Positions 31,517 to 41,932 of a DNA stretch of 64,000 nt are shown here, one piece after another; position 1 is the first letter of the stretch; every line of letters starts with the position of its first letter. The translations under genes and the position numbers were made by a program. The notes below the pieces were generated by a model. It was not told where the DNA came from. It searched no databases and was given only the letters and a program-made list of their open reading frames with translations. This stretch comes from Nitrosopumilaceae archaeon (GTDB taxonomy: Archaea > Thermoproteota > Nitrososphaeria > Nitrososphaerales > Nitrosopumilaceae), in the NCBI GenBank assembly GCA_965208905.1, contig OZ242365.1, positions 928,001-992,000 of the forward strand, written 5' to 3'.

Positions 31517-31880
31517 TTAACAGAATTTTGTGGTGCCAATGGGGCTTGTGGCAATGTCGATATCTTTTGCCTGTGTTCGACATCCTCTGCTAATAGTCTC
31601 TGGTTCTATACCCTCAAGATCACAATTATTACAACGACAAGCGTATATACGGTGTAATTTGGTCAACACCTCTATTATTAGTGGAATGTCAGTAAGAACA
31701 TTGTTTTCACATTTTTTCACCACTAGGCCATTCATACCGCCGTTTGGACATTTTTCTGGCACATGTGCTACGATTTCGTCTGGAACCAACATTTATCTCG
31801 TTTTTTATGCCCGCGGCGTGCTCTGCAATTTTGGGAAAGTTATAGCATCTGGTTTTTTCTTTCGATTTTTTTTGAACGCA
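31517..31880 (-). pseudogene. IS66-like transposase fragment (zinc-finger region)
   Basis: PDEIVAHVPEKCP..., DIP, H...CRCNNC pattern; short and broken. Confidence 0.45.
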
Positions 31881-31930
31881 TTTTGTGATTACGGGCCAAG
31901 ATCCAGCACATTTAATGTTATATTAACAAG

Positions 31931-32140
31931 GGAACTGGTAAGAAATGCTGACCTAGACAAGAGTGGTAAAAAACTGATCCAAAGCGGTAAGACATACTGA
32001 CCTGATCACAACTTCCATTCCAGACTCATCTTCCCAGTCTGCTGTTTTGACCTATGTTTCCATTCCATTATATGGGCCCATTTCCAGTTTGGATCAGTTT
32101 TTTACTACCCTTGTCCAGATCAGCATTTCTTACCAGTTCC
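31931..32140. mobile_element. MITE-like element, 210 bp
   Basis: 53-bp inverted repeats (49/53) at 31931-31983 and 32088-32140 beginning GGAACTGGTAAGAAATGCTG. Confidence 0.7.
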
Positions 32141-32148
32141 GATAAATA

Positions 32149-33027
32149 TCAGACTTTATTGGTATGTTTGAGATTTGCAATGAATTCTGGACAGCATTCA
32201 ACATACGAACACTCTCTTTTATTATTTACAGATTCAAGAGCACACTTGATTATGGCCGGTACTCTGGAGAGTGACAAATCCATATAATCTGAGAACGCAT
32301 AGCCTCCTACTATCACGGGTACGTCGAACTGCTCAACGATCTTTCTAAAGAGACTTTTGGTTGGGTTTATACTGTCCCGTAGACTTGCAGTAATAAATAT
32401 AATATCTGGTCTATTTCTATAGATATATCCCAATAGGTCTGTTGCAGGCAATGATCCTAGATTATACACCTTGTACCCCTTACTTACCAAAAAAGTCTCT
32501 AATATGTCAGAGGGAATTTTATGTTCCTCGCCAGCCGGCATGCACAATATTACACTAATATTATTTGGTTTACGATTTGCCCTACTCTGTATTACTCTTA
32601 TCATACTCTGTACTGTGTTGCTGGCTATATGCTCAGTAGCCACATCTAGTATGCCATCTGCCCATCTCTGCCCTATATTGTATAATACGGGCCGTAATAC
32701 TCTTTCAAAGAATACATCAAATCTTCGCCATTGGACTATGGTCTTATTATATATGGCCATACTGCCATCCAAATCCCCTTTGGTTAACGTATTGTATAAC
32801 TTTTCTACATAATCTTCATGTGTATTATTATTTTTAGCAGACAGTATCTTTGAGATATCTATTTTATCCTTATATTCGGGCGGTATGTCATTTTTAGTTA
32901 TTAAATCTAATTTTCCCAAATATTTTATAATTATCTGTTTGGATGTTCTTTTGTTACTGTCCCAGACGCTCTTTACTAGATATGCATATTCGACACCCTT
33001 TGCCTTTTTAACACGAAGATATGCCAT
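32149..33027 (-). CDS. cobalamin (B12)-binding domain protein
   Basis: IGQRW..G..DVATEHIAS cap, GEEH, YNLG, IVGG motifs. Confidence 0.85.
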   Translation of the reverse strand: MAYLRVKKAKGVEYAYLVKSVWDSNKRTSKQIIIKYLGKLDLITKNDIPPEYKDKIDISKILSAKNNNTHEDYVEKLYNTLTKGDLDGSMAIYNKTIVQWRRFDVFFERVLRPVLYNIGQRWADGILDVATEHIASNTVQSMIRVIQSRANRKPNNISVILCMPAGEEHKIPSDILETFLVSKGYKVYNLGSLPATDLLGYIYRNRPDIIFITASLRDSINPTKSLFRKIVEQFDVPVIVGGYAFSDYMDLSLSRVPAIIKCALESVNNKRECSYVECCPEFIANLKHTNKV

Positions 33028-33111
33028 AATACATTATATGCCAATTTATTATTTAAATAATGCCTAAGTCGACAACTAGTGCCAAGAACCCCTAATGTAT
33101 GCTGTGCGGTA

Positions 33112-34476
33112 CTATCTTTTTTGTATATGCTCGTGGCATACCCAGACGGTGCCATTTTTGTAATCCAACAACTCTATATTTTTTGCATTTAATTCATCAC
33201 GAATAATGTCTGCCTGCTTATACTCTCCATTCTGGCGCAGGCTATCTCTCTGTACTGTATAATTTTGTATCTGTCTTGCATCTAAAGGCCTGCTTATCTT
33301 TAACCCAAATATCTCTATTATTCGTGCAAGTCTACCATACAGCACACTTGCAGTATCGGGATTTAATCTTCCCTTAGATGCCATCTCGCCCACCTCTTTG
33401 GTTATGTTGCCAAGTACTATGATGGCTTCATGCGTGTTAAGGTTAGACGATAGTGCCTGATCAAACTCATCACACACTACTTTATCATGCCTACTAGCAG
33501 TCTGCTCTAAAGTATAATAACATGACTCTGTCCGACGCCACAAATCTAATGATTCGACCAACAACTCTTCTGTATAATCTATGGGTTTTTGGTAGTGCCC
33601 AGACAGACAAAACAGGCGAAGAGTGTTGGGCCCCCACTCATCAAGTATGTTTCTTGTGGTTTTTATATTTCCCAATGATTTTGACATCTTTTGACCAGAT
33701 ATGGTAACCATGCCAACATGCATCCATACTCGGGCTAATGGGAGTTTGGTACATGCCTCGGTCTGGGCAATCTCGTTTTCATGGTGTGGAAATATTAGAT
33801 CCCGACCGCCACCATGTATGTCGAATGTCTCACCTAAATGTTTCAGACTCATGGCCGAGCACTCTATGTGCCAGCCTGGTCTTCCAGCACCCCATGGACT
33901 CTCCCAGTGTGGCTTTGAGTCTGTCCTCTTCCATAAAGCAAAGTCCACCGTATCGTGTTTATCCTCTTTTGGGTCTATTCGTGTACCAGAGCGCAACTCT
34001 TTGATGTTCTTCTTTGAGAGTATCCCATACTCACTAAAAGACTCCACCATATAGTATACGCCAGACTTGGCTACATACGCATGCTTTAACTCTATTAACT
34101 TTGATATTATGTCGATTATATCTTGTATATGCGTGGTGGCCTGAGGATACATGTCTGCGCGTTTAACGTTTAATCTATCAAAGTCTTGATGATACCTCTC
34201 TATATATGAAAAACTCAGCTCTAATGCATCTACACCCTCTGCCGCTGCCCTCTGAATTATTTTATCATCTATGTCGGTAAAATTTTGTACCATTGTTGTA
34301 TGCCTACCCATGTCCTCTAGATATCTGCGCAACACATCAAAGACGATTATGGTTCGAGCATGTCCTATGTGGGTGTCATCATATGTGGTGACACCACACA
34401 AGTATATTTTGATATTTTTATTATGTAGCTTTATAGGCGTACCGCTCATCGTATCATGTATCTCTATCGAGTCCAC
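33112..34476 (-). CDS. cysS: cysteine--tRNA ligase
   Basis: YLCG.T.YD..HIGH, GRPGWHIECS, KMSKS. Confidence 0.97.
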   Translation of the reverse strand: MDSIEIHDTMSGTPIKLHNKNIKIYLCGVTTYDDTHIGHARTIIVFDVLRRYLEDMGRHTTMVQNFTDIDDKIIQRAAAEGVDALELSFSYIERYHQDFDRLNVKRADMYPQATTHIQDIIDIISKLIELKHAYVAKSGVYYMVESFSEYGILSKKNIKELRSGTRIDPKEDKHDTVDFALWKRTDSKPHWESPWGAGRPGWHIECSAMSLKHLGETFDIHGGGRDLIFPHHENEIAQTEACTKLPLARVWMHVGMVTISGQKMSKSLGNIKTTRNILDEWGPNTLRLFCLSGHYQKPIDYTEELLVESLDLWRRTESCYYTLEQTASRHDKVVCDEFDQALSSNLNTHEAIIVLGNITKEVGEMASKGRLNPDTASVLYGRLARIIEIFGLKISRPLDARQIQNYTVQRDSLRQNGEYKQADIIRDELNAKNIELLDYKNGTVWVCHEHIQKR

Positions 34477-34519
34477 TGTCGTATTGTAAATTCTCGTATA
34501 TAAAAAATTAAAAAAAGTA

Positions 34520-35341
34520 TCACTCTAGATTCAACGGTATTGATGCAGAACCAAATGATTCACTGATTCTAAAGTGGTACTCTTTGGTATCATCATATAC
34601 AAACGTTGTACCACCATACCCTATATTTGGTCCAAAAATTATCTCGAACTCTCGGCCCTGATCTGGTTTTAGAGTGATACTTCCACTAGTAAAGTCTGTT
34701 GACGCATACTTGTATGCGTTGGTACCATCCGTCACATCATAGTTGCATATTGCAGGGCCTGAACATGATAGTGTAACGTTGTCATCTCCATGGTTTATTA
34801 CATACATACGAATGGTGAGTAGCGGCTGGCCACCTGCGGTATTCTCAAGATGCGCACCAGGGTAGTAATATGTGATGGGGCCCACCACATAAGAAGTAGC
34901 AGTATCGGTGTACTCTTCACGTAGCATCTCCTCTCTGATGGCATTCTCACAGTCCCGTATCTCGTATGCCCTTGTAAACTCAGCGCATACTGCTAGTCTG
35001 TCATCTGATTGTATGGATATTACTCCAATCTGTATCAGATGAGTTATGGCTGCAACAAACTCAGCATCCGATGTTATATCATCTGCCCACCATTTTACAC
35101 TGGTCTTTACCCATTCGGGTATAGTCTCGCTTGTATTCTCACTCTGTATGTCGCCTACGACTATTACATCAATTTCAATCAGATGAGTTATGGCCCCCAC
35201 AAACTCAGCATCCGATGTTATGCCATCTGCCCACCAACCTGCAGTGGCCTTTATCCACTCTGGGATTACATCATCTGATGCTTGTGCTGTGGCAACCCCC
35301 ACTGATATTACTAGTAGTGCTATGTATGGTATTATATTCAT
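34520..35341 (-). CDS. secreted protein with two thaumarchaeal IPxWIK..WW repeats
   Basis: Signal peptide; duplicated IPEW(I/V)K....WWAD.ITSDAEFV.AITHLI. Confidence 0.8.
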   Translation of the reverse strand: MNIIPYIALLVISVGVATAQASDDVIPEWIKATAGWWADGITSDAEFVGAITHLIEIDVIVVGDIQSENTSETIPEWVKTSVKWWADDITSDAEFVAAITHLIQIGVISIQSDDRLAVCAEFTRAYEIRDCENAIREEMLREEYTDTATSYVVGPITYYYPGAHLENTAGGQPLLTIRMYVINHGDDNVTLSCSGPAICNYDVTDGTNAYKYASTDFTSGSITLKPDQGREFEIIFGPNIGYGGTTFVYDDTKEYHFRISESFGSASIPLNLE

Positions 35342-35405
35342 TAAATAATTTATGGCCTTTATAGTATATAACTAGTGGTAAAATGTTAACCTAGTGCTAA
35401 AATCA

Positions 35406-35708
35406 TCACACATCAACGTATATGCTGCTGTCTTGTACTTTTACCGGATATGTGCGTAATTTTATGTCTTTTAGATAGTCTATCAGCTCGCCGGTTCGTA
35501 TGTTGTAGTGCCAAAAGTGCAGAGGACATTCTACTATGTCGCCATCCAAATTGCCCGGGGCCAGCGAGCCGTCTTGGTGTACACATATGTCATCAATTGC
35601 ATGGTATCCATCTTGATTGAATACAGCTATCTTGTTGCCATCTATATCAAAGGCCTTGCCCTTGCCAGGTGCTATATCTCCTTGTGTGGCTACCTTCTTC
35701 CAGACCAT
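35406..35708 (-). CDS. Rieske-type [2Fe-2S] ferredoxin
   Basis: CVH...CPLH ligands. Confidence 0.92.
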   Translation of the reverse strand: MVWKKVATQGDIAPGKGKAFDIDGNKIAVFNQDGYHAIDDICVHQDGSLAPGNLDGDIVECPLHFWHYNIRTGELIDYLKDIKLRTYPVKVQDSSIYVDV

Positions 35709-35740
35709 TACAATGTCATCTATGGCGAGGTATAAAATTT

Positions 35741-36352
35741 TTAGTCATCGTATAGGTGCTTTGTCTCAAAGTCATCTATCTCCTGTGTCATGTGGCCATC
35801 TTCAGTAAGTTTCTCCTGTTCGATTAGTATACGCCTTACCAGTAGCCAGTATATTGTGGCTAAGGAGCGGCGACCCTTGTTGTTTGCTGGTATTACAAGG
35901 TCTACATTTGCTGTTATGTTGTCTGTATTGGCAATGCCTATTACAGGAATACCAGCGTTTGTAGCCTCTATGATGGCCTGCTCGTCTACTTGGGGATCGG
36001 ATACCAGTATGAGCTTGGGCTCTATGTAGTACTTTAAGGATGGGTTTGTCAATGTGCCAGGCATAAATCTGTTGAGTTTCATCTGCGCACCTGTGATCTC
36101 GCAGAACTTTTCAATAGGAGAGTAGGCAAACTCTCGACCACTACATACTAGTACATTTTCAGGACCCACCTTGTTTATGAACCGACCTGCAGCGTCTATG
36201 CGTTGTAGCGTGGTATCCATATCAAACTGGTACATACCGTCCGGATTGGCCATGGTTATGAACGGTGCCATGAACTTTGTCTTGACGTGTGTGCCAACAC
36301 GAATTCCTGTACTTAGTATCTTGCTTTTGACATCTAGCGGTTCCTGCATCAT
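35741..36352 (-). CDS. rps2: 30S ribosomal protein S2
   Basis: RFMPGTLTN, IPANNKG motifs. Confidence 0.96.
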   Translation of the reverse strand: MMQEPLDVKSKILSTGIRVGTHVKTKFMAPFITMANPDGMYQFDMDTTLQRIDAAGRFINKVGPENVLVCSGREFAYSPIEKFCEITGAQMKLNRFMPGTLTNPSLKYYIEPKLILVSDPQVDEQAIIEATNAGIPVIGIANTDNITANVDLVIPANNKGRRSLATIYWLLVRRILIEQEKLTEDGHMTQEIDDFETKHLYDD

Positions 36353-36356
36353 GTGT

Positions 36357-37592
36357 TTATAACTCTCCTAACCCACGTATTAAATCGTTTCCAGATATTC
36401 GTAGTAATTCGTTCAGTTTGGCGACGCGCTCACCACCTAGTATGCCTGTCTTTAATAGTGTCGAATCAGTAGATATTCCCACATGTGCTATCTGAGAGTC
36501 GTTGGACTCACCAGAGCGGTGTGATGTTATCAGTTTGATGTTGTTCTGTGTGGCCATATCGGCGAACTGCATGGCTTCGTATAGAGAGCCGGCCTGATTT
36601 ACCTTTAGTATGGCAGCATTGCAGGATTTGTCAGATATGGCCTTTTGCAGTATTGTATAATTGGTGACTGTGAGATCATCACCAACTATTAGGACATCTG
36701 GAAACCTTGATGTTAATATGGACATATCTTTGAAGGCCTCTTCATGTACTGCATCTTCGACGTACTTTATTTTGTAACGCTTTATGATATCTGAGACAAA
36801 CTCTATCTGCTCACCTGTACTGTTCTCAAAACCTGCCCTGTCGTAGATGTACCTGTCTTGTTCTTGGTTGTACTGTGTGGATGATGCAAAATCGACACCA
36901 AGTGCGACCTCCTTGCCGAGTGTGTATCCCAATGATTCACAGGCGCGCGCCGATATCTCTAGTGCCTGTTCATTGTTCATGTTGGGCGCCCAACCTCCCT
37001 CATCACTTCGACCTCGTGTAAATGTAATGTCGCGCTCTGCGAGTAACACACCAAGTTGTTTGTGCACATCAATGTTTGTCTGTATGGCATCTCGTATGGA
37101 GCGACTTGCCAGAGTGAATACCAGTATCTCTTGTATGTCTGGCGCTCCATGGCCAGCGTGGGCACCACCACCTAGTATGTTGCCCAGTGGTATGGGGAGT
37201 TTGTAGTGTTCTTTGGAGTGTATGGACTTGTATAGTGGTATGTCTTGTGTGAGGGCGGCCACCTGTGCTGACGCCATAGATACAGCATAGGCAGTAGAGC
37301 CACCAATTACAGAGTAGTTGTCTGTACTATCTATGGTCTTTAGAGCTTCGTATATGGCCTTTTGATCTGTAGACTCTATACCTATGAACTTTGAGGCATT
37401 ATCCTCTAGTATGTCTAGGGACTTTCGCGCACCGCCCTTTGGAAATGCAGCCGCCTCGTATCGGCCCACACTAGCACCAGATGGGGCTGCTGCACGACCA
37501 GTATGAGTCTTTGTGGATATATCTACTTCTATAGTCGATTGGCCTCGACTGTTGTATATTATACGGCCTCGTACAGATGTTATGAGTGTCAA
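36357..37592 (-). CDS. eno: enolase
   Basis: NSRG, PSGAS, VGDDL, KVNQ, SHRSGE, ERVAKLN. Confidence 0.96.
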   Translation of the reverse strand: MTLITSVRGRIIYNSRGQSTIEVDISTKTHTGRAAAPSGASVGRYEAAAFPKGGARKSLDILEDNASKFIGIESTDQKAIYEALKTIDSTDNYSVIGGSTAYAVSMASAQVAALTQDIPLYKSIHSKEHYKLPIPLGNILGGGAHAGHGAPDIQEILVFTLASRSIRDAIQTNIDVHKQLGVLLAERDITFTRGRSDEGGWAPNMNNEQALEISARACESLGYTLGKEVALGVDFASSTQYNQEQDRYIYDRAGFENSTGEQIEFVSDIIKRYKIKYVEDAVHEEAFKDMSILTSRFPDVLIVGDDLTVTNYTILQKAISDKSCNAAILKVNQAGSLYEAMQFADMATQNNIKLITSHRSGESNDSQIAHVGISTDSTLLKTGILGGERVAKLNELLRISGNDLIRGLGEL

Positions 37593-37825
37593 ATAATTTC
37601 CCGACGTGTCTCTTCGTTTCTTTTGTGCATGGCCTCATAGAATGGTATTACCTGATGTATGGTCTCTACAGTAGTGAGTAGCATTCGGCGGCAACAGTAT
37701 CTGTGTAAACCTAGACTATCTAGTATCTCTCTGGACTCTCTTCCAGCCTTTAACTCCCTTTTGTATGCACTCATCTTATCGGCGATTAAATTTCCACATG
37801 TAAAACATCTAACCGGTACCAGCAT
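37589..37825 (-). CDS. rpoN: RNA polymerase subunit Rpo10 (N)
   Basis: PVRCFTCG and RYCCRRM. Confidence 0.97.
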   Translation of the reverse strand: MLVPVRCFTCGNLIADKMSAYKRELKAGRESREILDSLGLHRYCCRRMLLTTVETIHQVIPFYEAMHKRNEETRREII

Positions 37826-37876
37826 ATGGTACAGCTCCCCTCAAGGAATATAAAAACCATACATCATATTTGCCAT

Positions 37877-37961
37877 GCGGGCGTCGCCCAGCCTGGCCAA
37901 AGGCGCTAGCTTGAGGGGCTAGTCTCTTAGGAGTTCGTGGGTTCAAATCCCATCGCCCGCA
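37877..37961 (+). tRNA. tRNA-Leu (GAG)
   Basis: Acceptor GCGGGCG/CGCCCGC, anticodon arm CTAGC-TTGAGGG-GCTAG, long variable arm, GGTTCAAATCC T-arm. Confidence 0.96.
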
Positions 37962-38529
37962 TCTCTGATATTAGATATTGTCGTCGCCTCTCCTCAGTGA
38001 TTATTGCCCTAGAGTTCTCTAGTGTTATGCGGCATACATCCAGCTTACGCTTTGACTCTTTTAGTATGGTGTTGTATGCGGCAAACGGATACAGGTCTTC
38101 GTATAGTGACTCCATTGTATCAAATGTATTGTAGGCGGTATCTAGGTTGCCATTGCGGATGCAGTTCAGCATGAAGCGTTTCAACTCTCCAATGGTATCT
38201 AGCATGCCTAGTATGTAGGATTCGGGACTAACACCTATCTGGTCTGATGTGGGGATTGTGTTGTGATTTACTATATTGTATAATGTGTAGGCTTCTGTGT
38301 ACTCTTGCTCAACGGTGACTATGTCGCGGGGTATGGCTATGCGTTGTAGTTTGGTCAAGCTGGACTTTATGTTATGTAGCATCTCTTGAGCTTCCTTGCC
38401 ATCTCCTTGGTGTATCTGTATTATGGTCCTGCTACAGTCAGCTATTATACGCCGGGACTCGGAGTGTATCTGCTCTCGAAATCTCTGCGCCTTCTCCATG
38501 TGCTGTATTATATCATCAAAGTGTTCCAT
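37927..38529 (-). CDS. translin/TRAX family protein
   Basis: QEYTEA, YILGMLDTIGELKR, RKLD motifs. Confidence 0.85.
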   Translation of the reverse strand: MEHFDDIIQHMEKAQRFREQIHSESRRIIADCSRTIIQIHQGDGKEAQEMLHNIKSSLTKLQRIAIPRDIVTVEQEYTEAYTLYNIVNHNTIPTSDQIGVSPESYILGMLDTIGELKRFMLNCIRNGNLDTAYNTFDTMESLYEDLYPFAAYNTILKESKRKLDVCRITLENSRAIITEERRRQYLISEMRAMGFEPTNS

Positions 38530-38590
38530 TATGCTACATTACTTGTGACGATTAAAATTGTTGCTGATATGTATATTGTTTTGCTAATAG

Positions 38591-39151
38591 TCAAACTCTT
38601 GCGTACTGTCGTATGGATGAGGCCAAAATCCTTGCTAATCGTATGGATTCAGGTATGCGACCCTGTATGGTTATGCGGTTCAGGAGGCGTCTTGTCTCAT
38701 GTATGGTGCATCCAGATACATGCACATCTAGTGTATGGCCTGTATGCAGATGTACTGTATGTCTATCTGGTAGTGCGTTGTAGATATGGAGCTTTTCAGG
38801 CGGTAATGTATTCGATATGTCTTTGTGGTGCGTATCTGATATTGCCAGTACGGGTATGTTTAATGACTCTGATATGCTGCATACATCCACAATATTGTAT
38901 CTAGATAGTATGCTCCCCCATGTTATGACATATGACACATCGCATCTTGAACGGCACATCTTTAGTATCGTGTCAGTAGAGTCATCACCTGTAACTTTGA
39001 TGGCATCAAAGACAAAACCATCTAGTAGAAGGTCATTTCTCATTATTATGCCCGCAAGGGTAGATGTTGCAGCCGATGCAGAATAGCTCTCGGCAATGGA
39101 TATACCTCGAATTCCATGCTTGTCTAGGTGTAAGTGTCGCATTGTTATCAT
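38591..39151 (-). CDS. DUF99 family (endonuclease V-like) protein
   Basis: GDDST, YNIVD, GRIPESIRLA motifs. Confidence 0.8.
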   Translation of the reverse strand: MITMRHLHLDKHGIRGISIAESYSASAATSTLAGIIMRNDLLLDGFVFDAIKVTGDDSTDTILKMCRSRCDVSYVITWGSILSRYNIVDVCSISESLNIPVLAISDTHHKDISNTLPPEKLHIYNALPDRHTVHLHTGHTLDVHVSGCTIHETRRLLNRITIQGRIPESIRLARILASSIRQYARV

Positions 39152-39197
39152 ACCTGGATGTAATGGTTTTTAAACGGGCTATAGAATAAATCGGTAC

Positions 39198-39662
39198 TTG
39201 AGTGAATACCGCCATATAGTGAGGATACTGGGAAACGACATACCAGGTGATAAAAAGTCCATAGTGGGACTGACACAGATTCGAGGAGTGGGGTATAACT
39301 TTGCCAATGCCATCCTGTTGAAACTAGATATAGACAAGAACTCTAGCATGGGGTATATGAGTGAGGATAATGCCGCACGCATAGAGGAGTTGATACAGAA
39401 CCCACAATCTGCGGGATTTCCGATTTGGTTTTTAAACCGCCGCAAGGATATAGAGACTGGTCAAGATGTGCATCTGTTGACATCAGATATTCAGTTTACA
39501 ATTCGCAAAGATATAGAGAGAGAACGCCAGGTGAACAGCTGGCGTGGATATAGACATCTATACGGTTTGAAGGTACGTGGACAGCGCACCCGCACCACAG
39601 GACGTGGAGGCGGTACGGTGGGAGTGGCAAAAGGAGGAAAGGCCCAGCCAGGCAAGAAGTGA
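39198..39662 (+). CDS. rps13: 30S ribosomal protein S13
   Basis: [24 protein letters not shown]. Confidence 0.97.
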   Translation: MSEYRHIVRILGNDIPGDKKSIVGLTQIRGVGYNFANAILLKLDIDKNSSMGYMSEDNAARIEELIQNPQSAGFPIWFLNRRKDIETGQDVHLLTSDIQFTIRKDIERERQVNSWRGYRHLYGLKVRGQRTRTTGRGGGTVGVAKGGKAQPGKK

Positions 39663-39665
39663 TGA

Positions 39666-40175
39666 ATGATGGGTGACCCAAAGTTTCCACGTAAGGTGTG
39701 GCGTAAACCAGAGCGTCCACTAAATTATGATCTTAAGATGGAGGAGCTACGTACTCTGGGTTCGTTTGGCTTGCGCACAAAGAGAGAACTGTGGAAGGCG
39801 CACACCGAACTGTCTAGAGTGCGACATCAGGCCCGCTCTCTTTTAGCTCTACGACAAGAGGTCCGTGCAGAGCGCGAGCCCATACTTATGAGATCCCTTA
39901 CACGTATAGGTCTGGTAAATGAGGATGCCACACTTGATGATGTATTGAATCTGCAGGTGACTGACCTACTATCTAGAAGACTACAGACTGTGGTGTGGAA
40001 GAATCTAGGATTCAAGTCTCCGTACCAGGCACGTCAGGCAGTGGTACATGGCCATATACTGATAGGTGATCGTATAGTGAACATCCCTTCATATGTGGTG
40101 CGACCCGATGAGGAATCCACAATACGGATAAATCCATCATCAACATTAAAAGTAGAACAAAAGACCAAACAATAA
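39666..40175 (+). CDS. rps4: 30S ribosomal protein S4
   Basis: MGDPK, RRLQT, QARQ.VVHGHI, PSYVV. Confidence 0.97.
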   Translation: MMGDPKFPRKVWRKPERPLNYDLKMEELRTLGSFGLRTKRELWKAHTELSRVRHQARSLLALRQEVRAEREPILMRSLTRIGLVNEDATLDDVLNLQVTDLLSRRLQTVVWKNLGFKSPYQARQAVVHGHILIGDRIVNIPSYVVRPDEESTIRINPSSTLKVEQKTKQ

Positions 40176-41932
40176 TGTGCTCTATAATTGGATATGTGGG
40201 TAAATCTAATGCTGCACCCATTTTGGTCAAGTCACTACACAGGATGGAGTACAGGGGATATGACAGCGTGGGTGTCGCCACACATGATAATGACTCAATA
40301 TGTATGCGCAAGGGAACTGGCCGCGTACAAGAGGTAAACGACCAAAAGGGTTTGGATGCGCTCTCTGGTGTTACTGGACTGGGACATACCCGTTGGGCTA
40401 CCCATGGTGCCGTAACTGATATCAATGCTCATCCTCACATGAGTAGCTCTGGAGATGTGGCCATCGTACATAATGGCGTTGTAGAGAATCATGAGACATT
40501 ACGTGACAGATTAAAAGAAGATGGCTATACATTTGCAAGCGAAACAGATAGCGAGGTTATAGCCAATCTATTACAGTATCACAAGGATAGAACCGGAGAT
40601 ATCAAAGAGTCACTAATCAATACCATACAGGATATACAAGGCCATTATGCGTTTATAGCGATGTTTGATGATGGCGCTATGGTATCTGCACGATACGGCG
40701 AGCCACTGATAGTGGGCATGGCAGAGAATGGTATCTTTCTGTCTAGTGATGTACTAGGATTCATAGAGCATACCGACGAGGCCATATATCTGGAGAGTGG
40801 CATGTGCTGTATAATACAGAATAACGATGTGCAGATTATGGACTATGCGGGGAATGTTATAAAGCATCGTACCACTACAGTATCAAAGGAGTTTGGCGAT
40901 ACACGCATGGGCGAATACGCCAATTACACACTAAAAGAGATACACGAGCAGCCAAATGCCATACTACGCGCCGGCATGAATTCCCACAAACAGATGGAGC
41001 AAGTATCTGATATGATACGGTCTGCAGGTTTTGCATATGCTACAGGTAGCGGTACTAGTTATAATGCCGCCTTGATAGGCCAAAAGATACTAAGACGGTC
41101 TGCCGGCATACGACTTGAGGTTATACTGTCCAGTGAAATGTCTGCAGAGTCTGATATGCTGCGGTCCGGCGATGTCCTCCTTGCAATATCCCAGAGTGGT
41201 GAGAGCGCCGATGTCTTGGATGCGGTACGCATAGCCAAAAAGGCAGGCTGTGTAATTGTATGTATGGTGAACTCTGTAAACTCATCACTGGCAAAAATAT
41301 CTGATGTGATACTCTTGATGGACTGTGGTCAGGAGATTGGGGTGGCCGCCACAAAGAGTTTCATGGCACAGTGTGGCTTGTTGTTACGTCTAGTCGATAC
41401 ACTGACTGATGGTGCGGGAATTGATCATAATAAAATATCCAATGCAATATCTGATGTAATATCTAACTCTGATATGATCCGTGATGTGGCGTATACACTT
41501 GGTGATACCAAGGATGTCTATGTTTTAGGGCGGGGCATACACCATTCGGTGGCACTTGAGGCCGCCCTGAAGATAAAAGAGTTGACGTATATTCATGCTG
41601 AGGGACTGAACGGTGGCGAGATGAAGCATGGCCCCCTAGCATTGATAGACAAAAGCAGTGTTGTAATCGTAATGAACCCACATGATGATACCTACAATGA
41701 TATGCTGCTTGGCGCCCGTGAGGTGCAGGCTAGAGGCGGTACCATAATAGGAGTATCTGATAAGAGTAGTGATGTATATGACCACTGGATTGGCATACCA
41801 TCTGGTGATGGTGTTACATATTCACTTACAGAGGTTGTGGTCTCCCAACTACTTGCGTATTATGCCGCCCTGGCCCGGGATATCAACCCGGACTATCCTA
41901 GAAACCTGGCAAAGTCAGTCACGGTCAAGTAG
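40175..41932 (+). CDS. glmS: glutamine--fructose-6-phosphate aminotransferase
   Basis: N-terminal Cys, EYRGYDS, GHTRWATHG, SQSGE, KHGP, PRNLAKSVT. Confidence 0.97.
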   Translation: MCSIIGYVGKSNAAPILVKSLHRMEYRGYDSVGVATHDNDSICMRKGTGRVQEVNDQKGLDALSGVTGLGHTRWATHGAVTDINAHPHMSSSGDVAIVHNGVVENHETLRDRLKEDGYTFASETDSEVIANLLQYHKDRTGDIKESLINTIQDIQGHYAFIAMFDDGAMVSARYGEPLIVGMAENGIFLSSDVLGFIEHTDEAIYLESGMCCIIQNNDVQIMDYAGNVIKHRTTTVSKEFGDTRMGEYANYTLKEIHEQPNAILRAGMNSHKQMEQVSDMIRSAGFAYATGSGTSYNAALIGQKILRRSAGIRLEVILSSEMSAESDMLRSGDVLLAISQSGESADVLDAVRIAKKAGCVIVCMVNSVNSSLAKISDVILLMDCGQEIGVAATKSFMAQCGLLLRLVDTLTDGAGIDHNKISNAISDVISNSDMIRDVAYTLGDTKDVYVLGRGIHHSVALEAALKIKELTYIHAEGLNGGEMKHGPLALIDKSSVVIVMNPHDDTYNDMLLGAREVQARGGTIIGVSDKSSDVYDHWIGIPSGDGVTYSLTEVVVSQLLAYYAALARDINPDYPRNLAKSVTVK

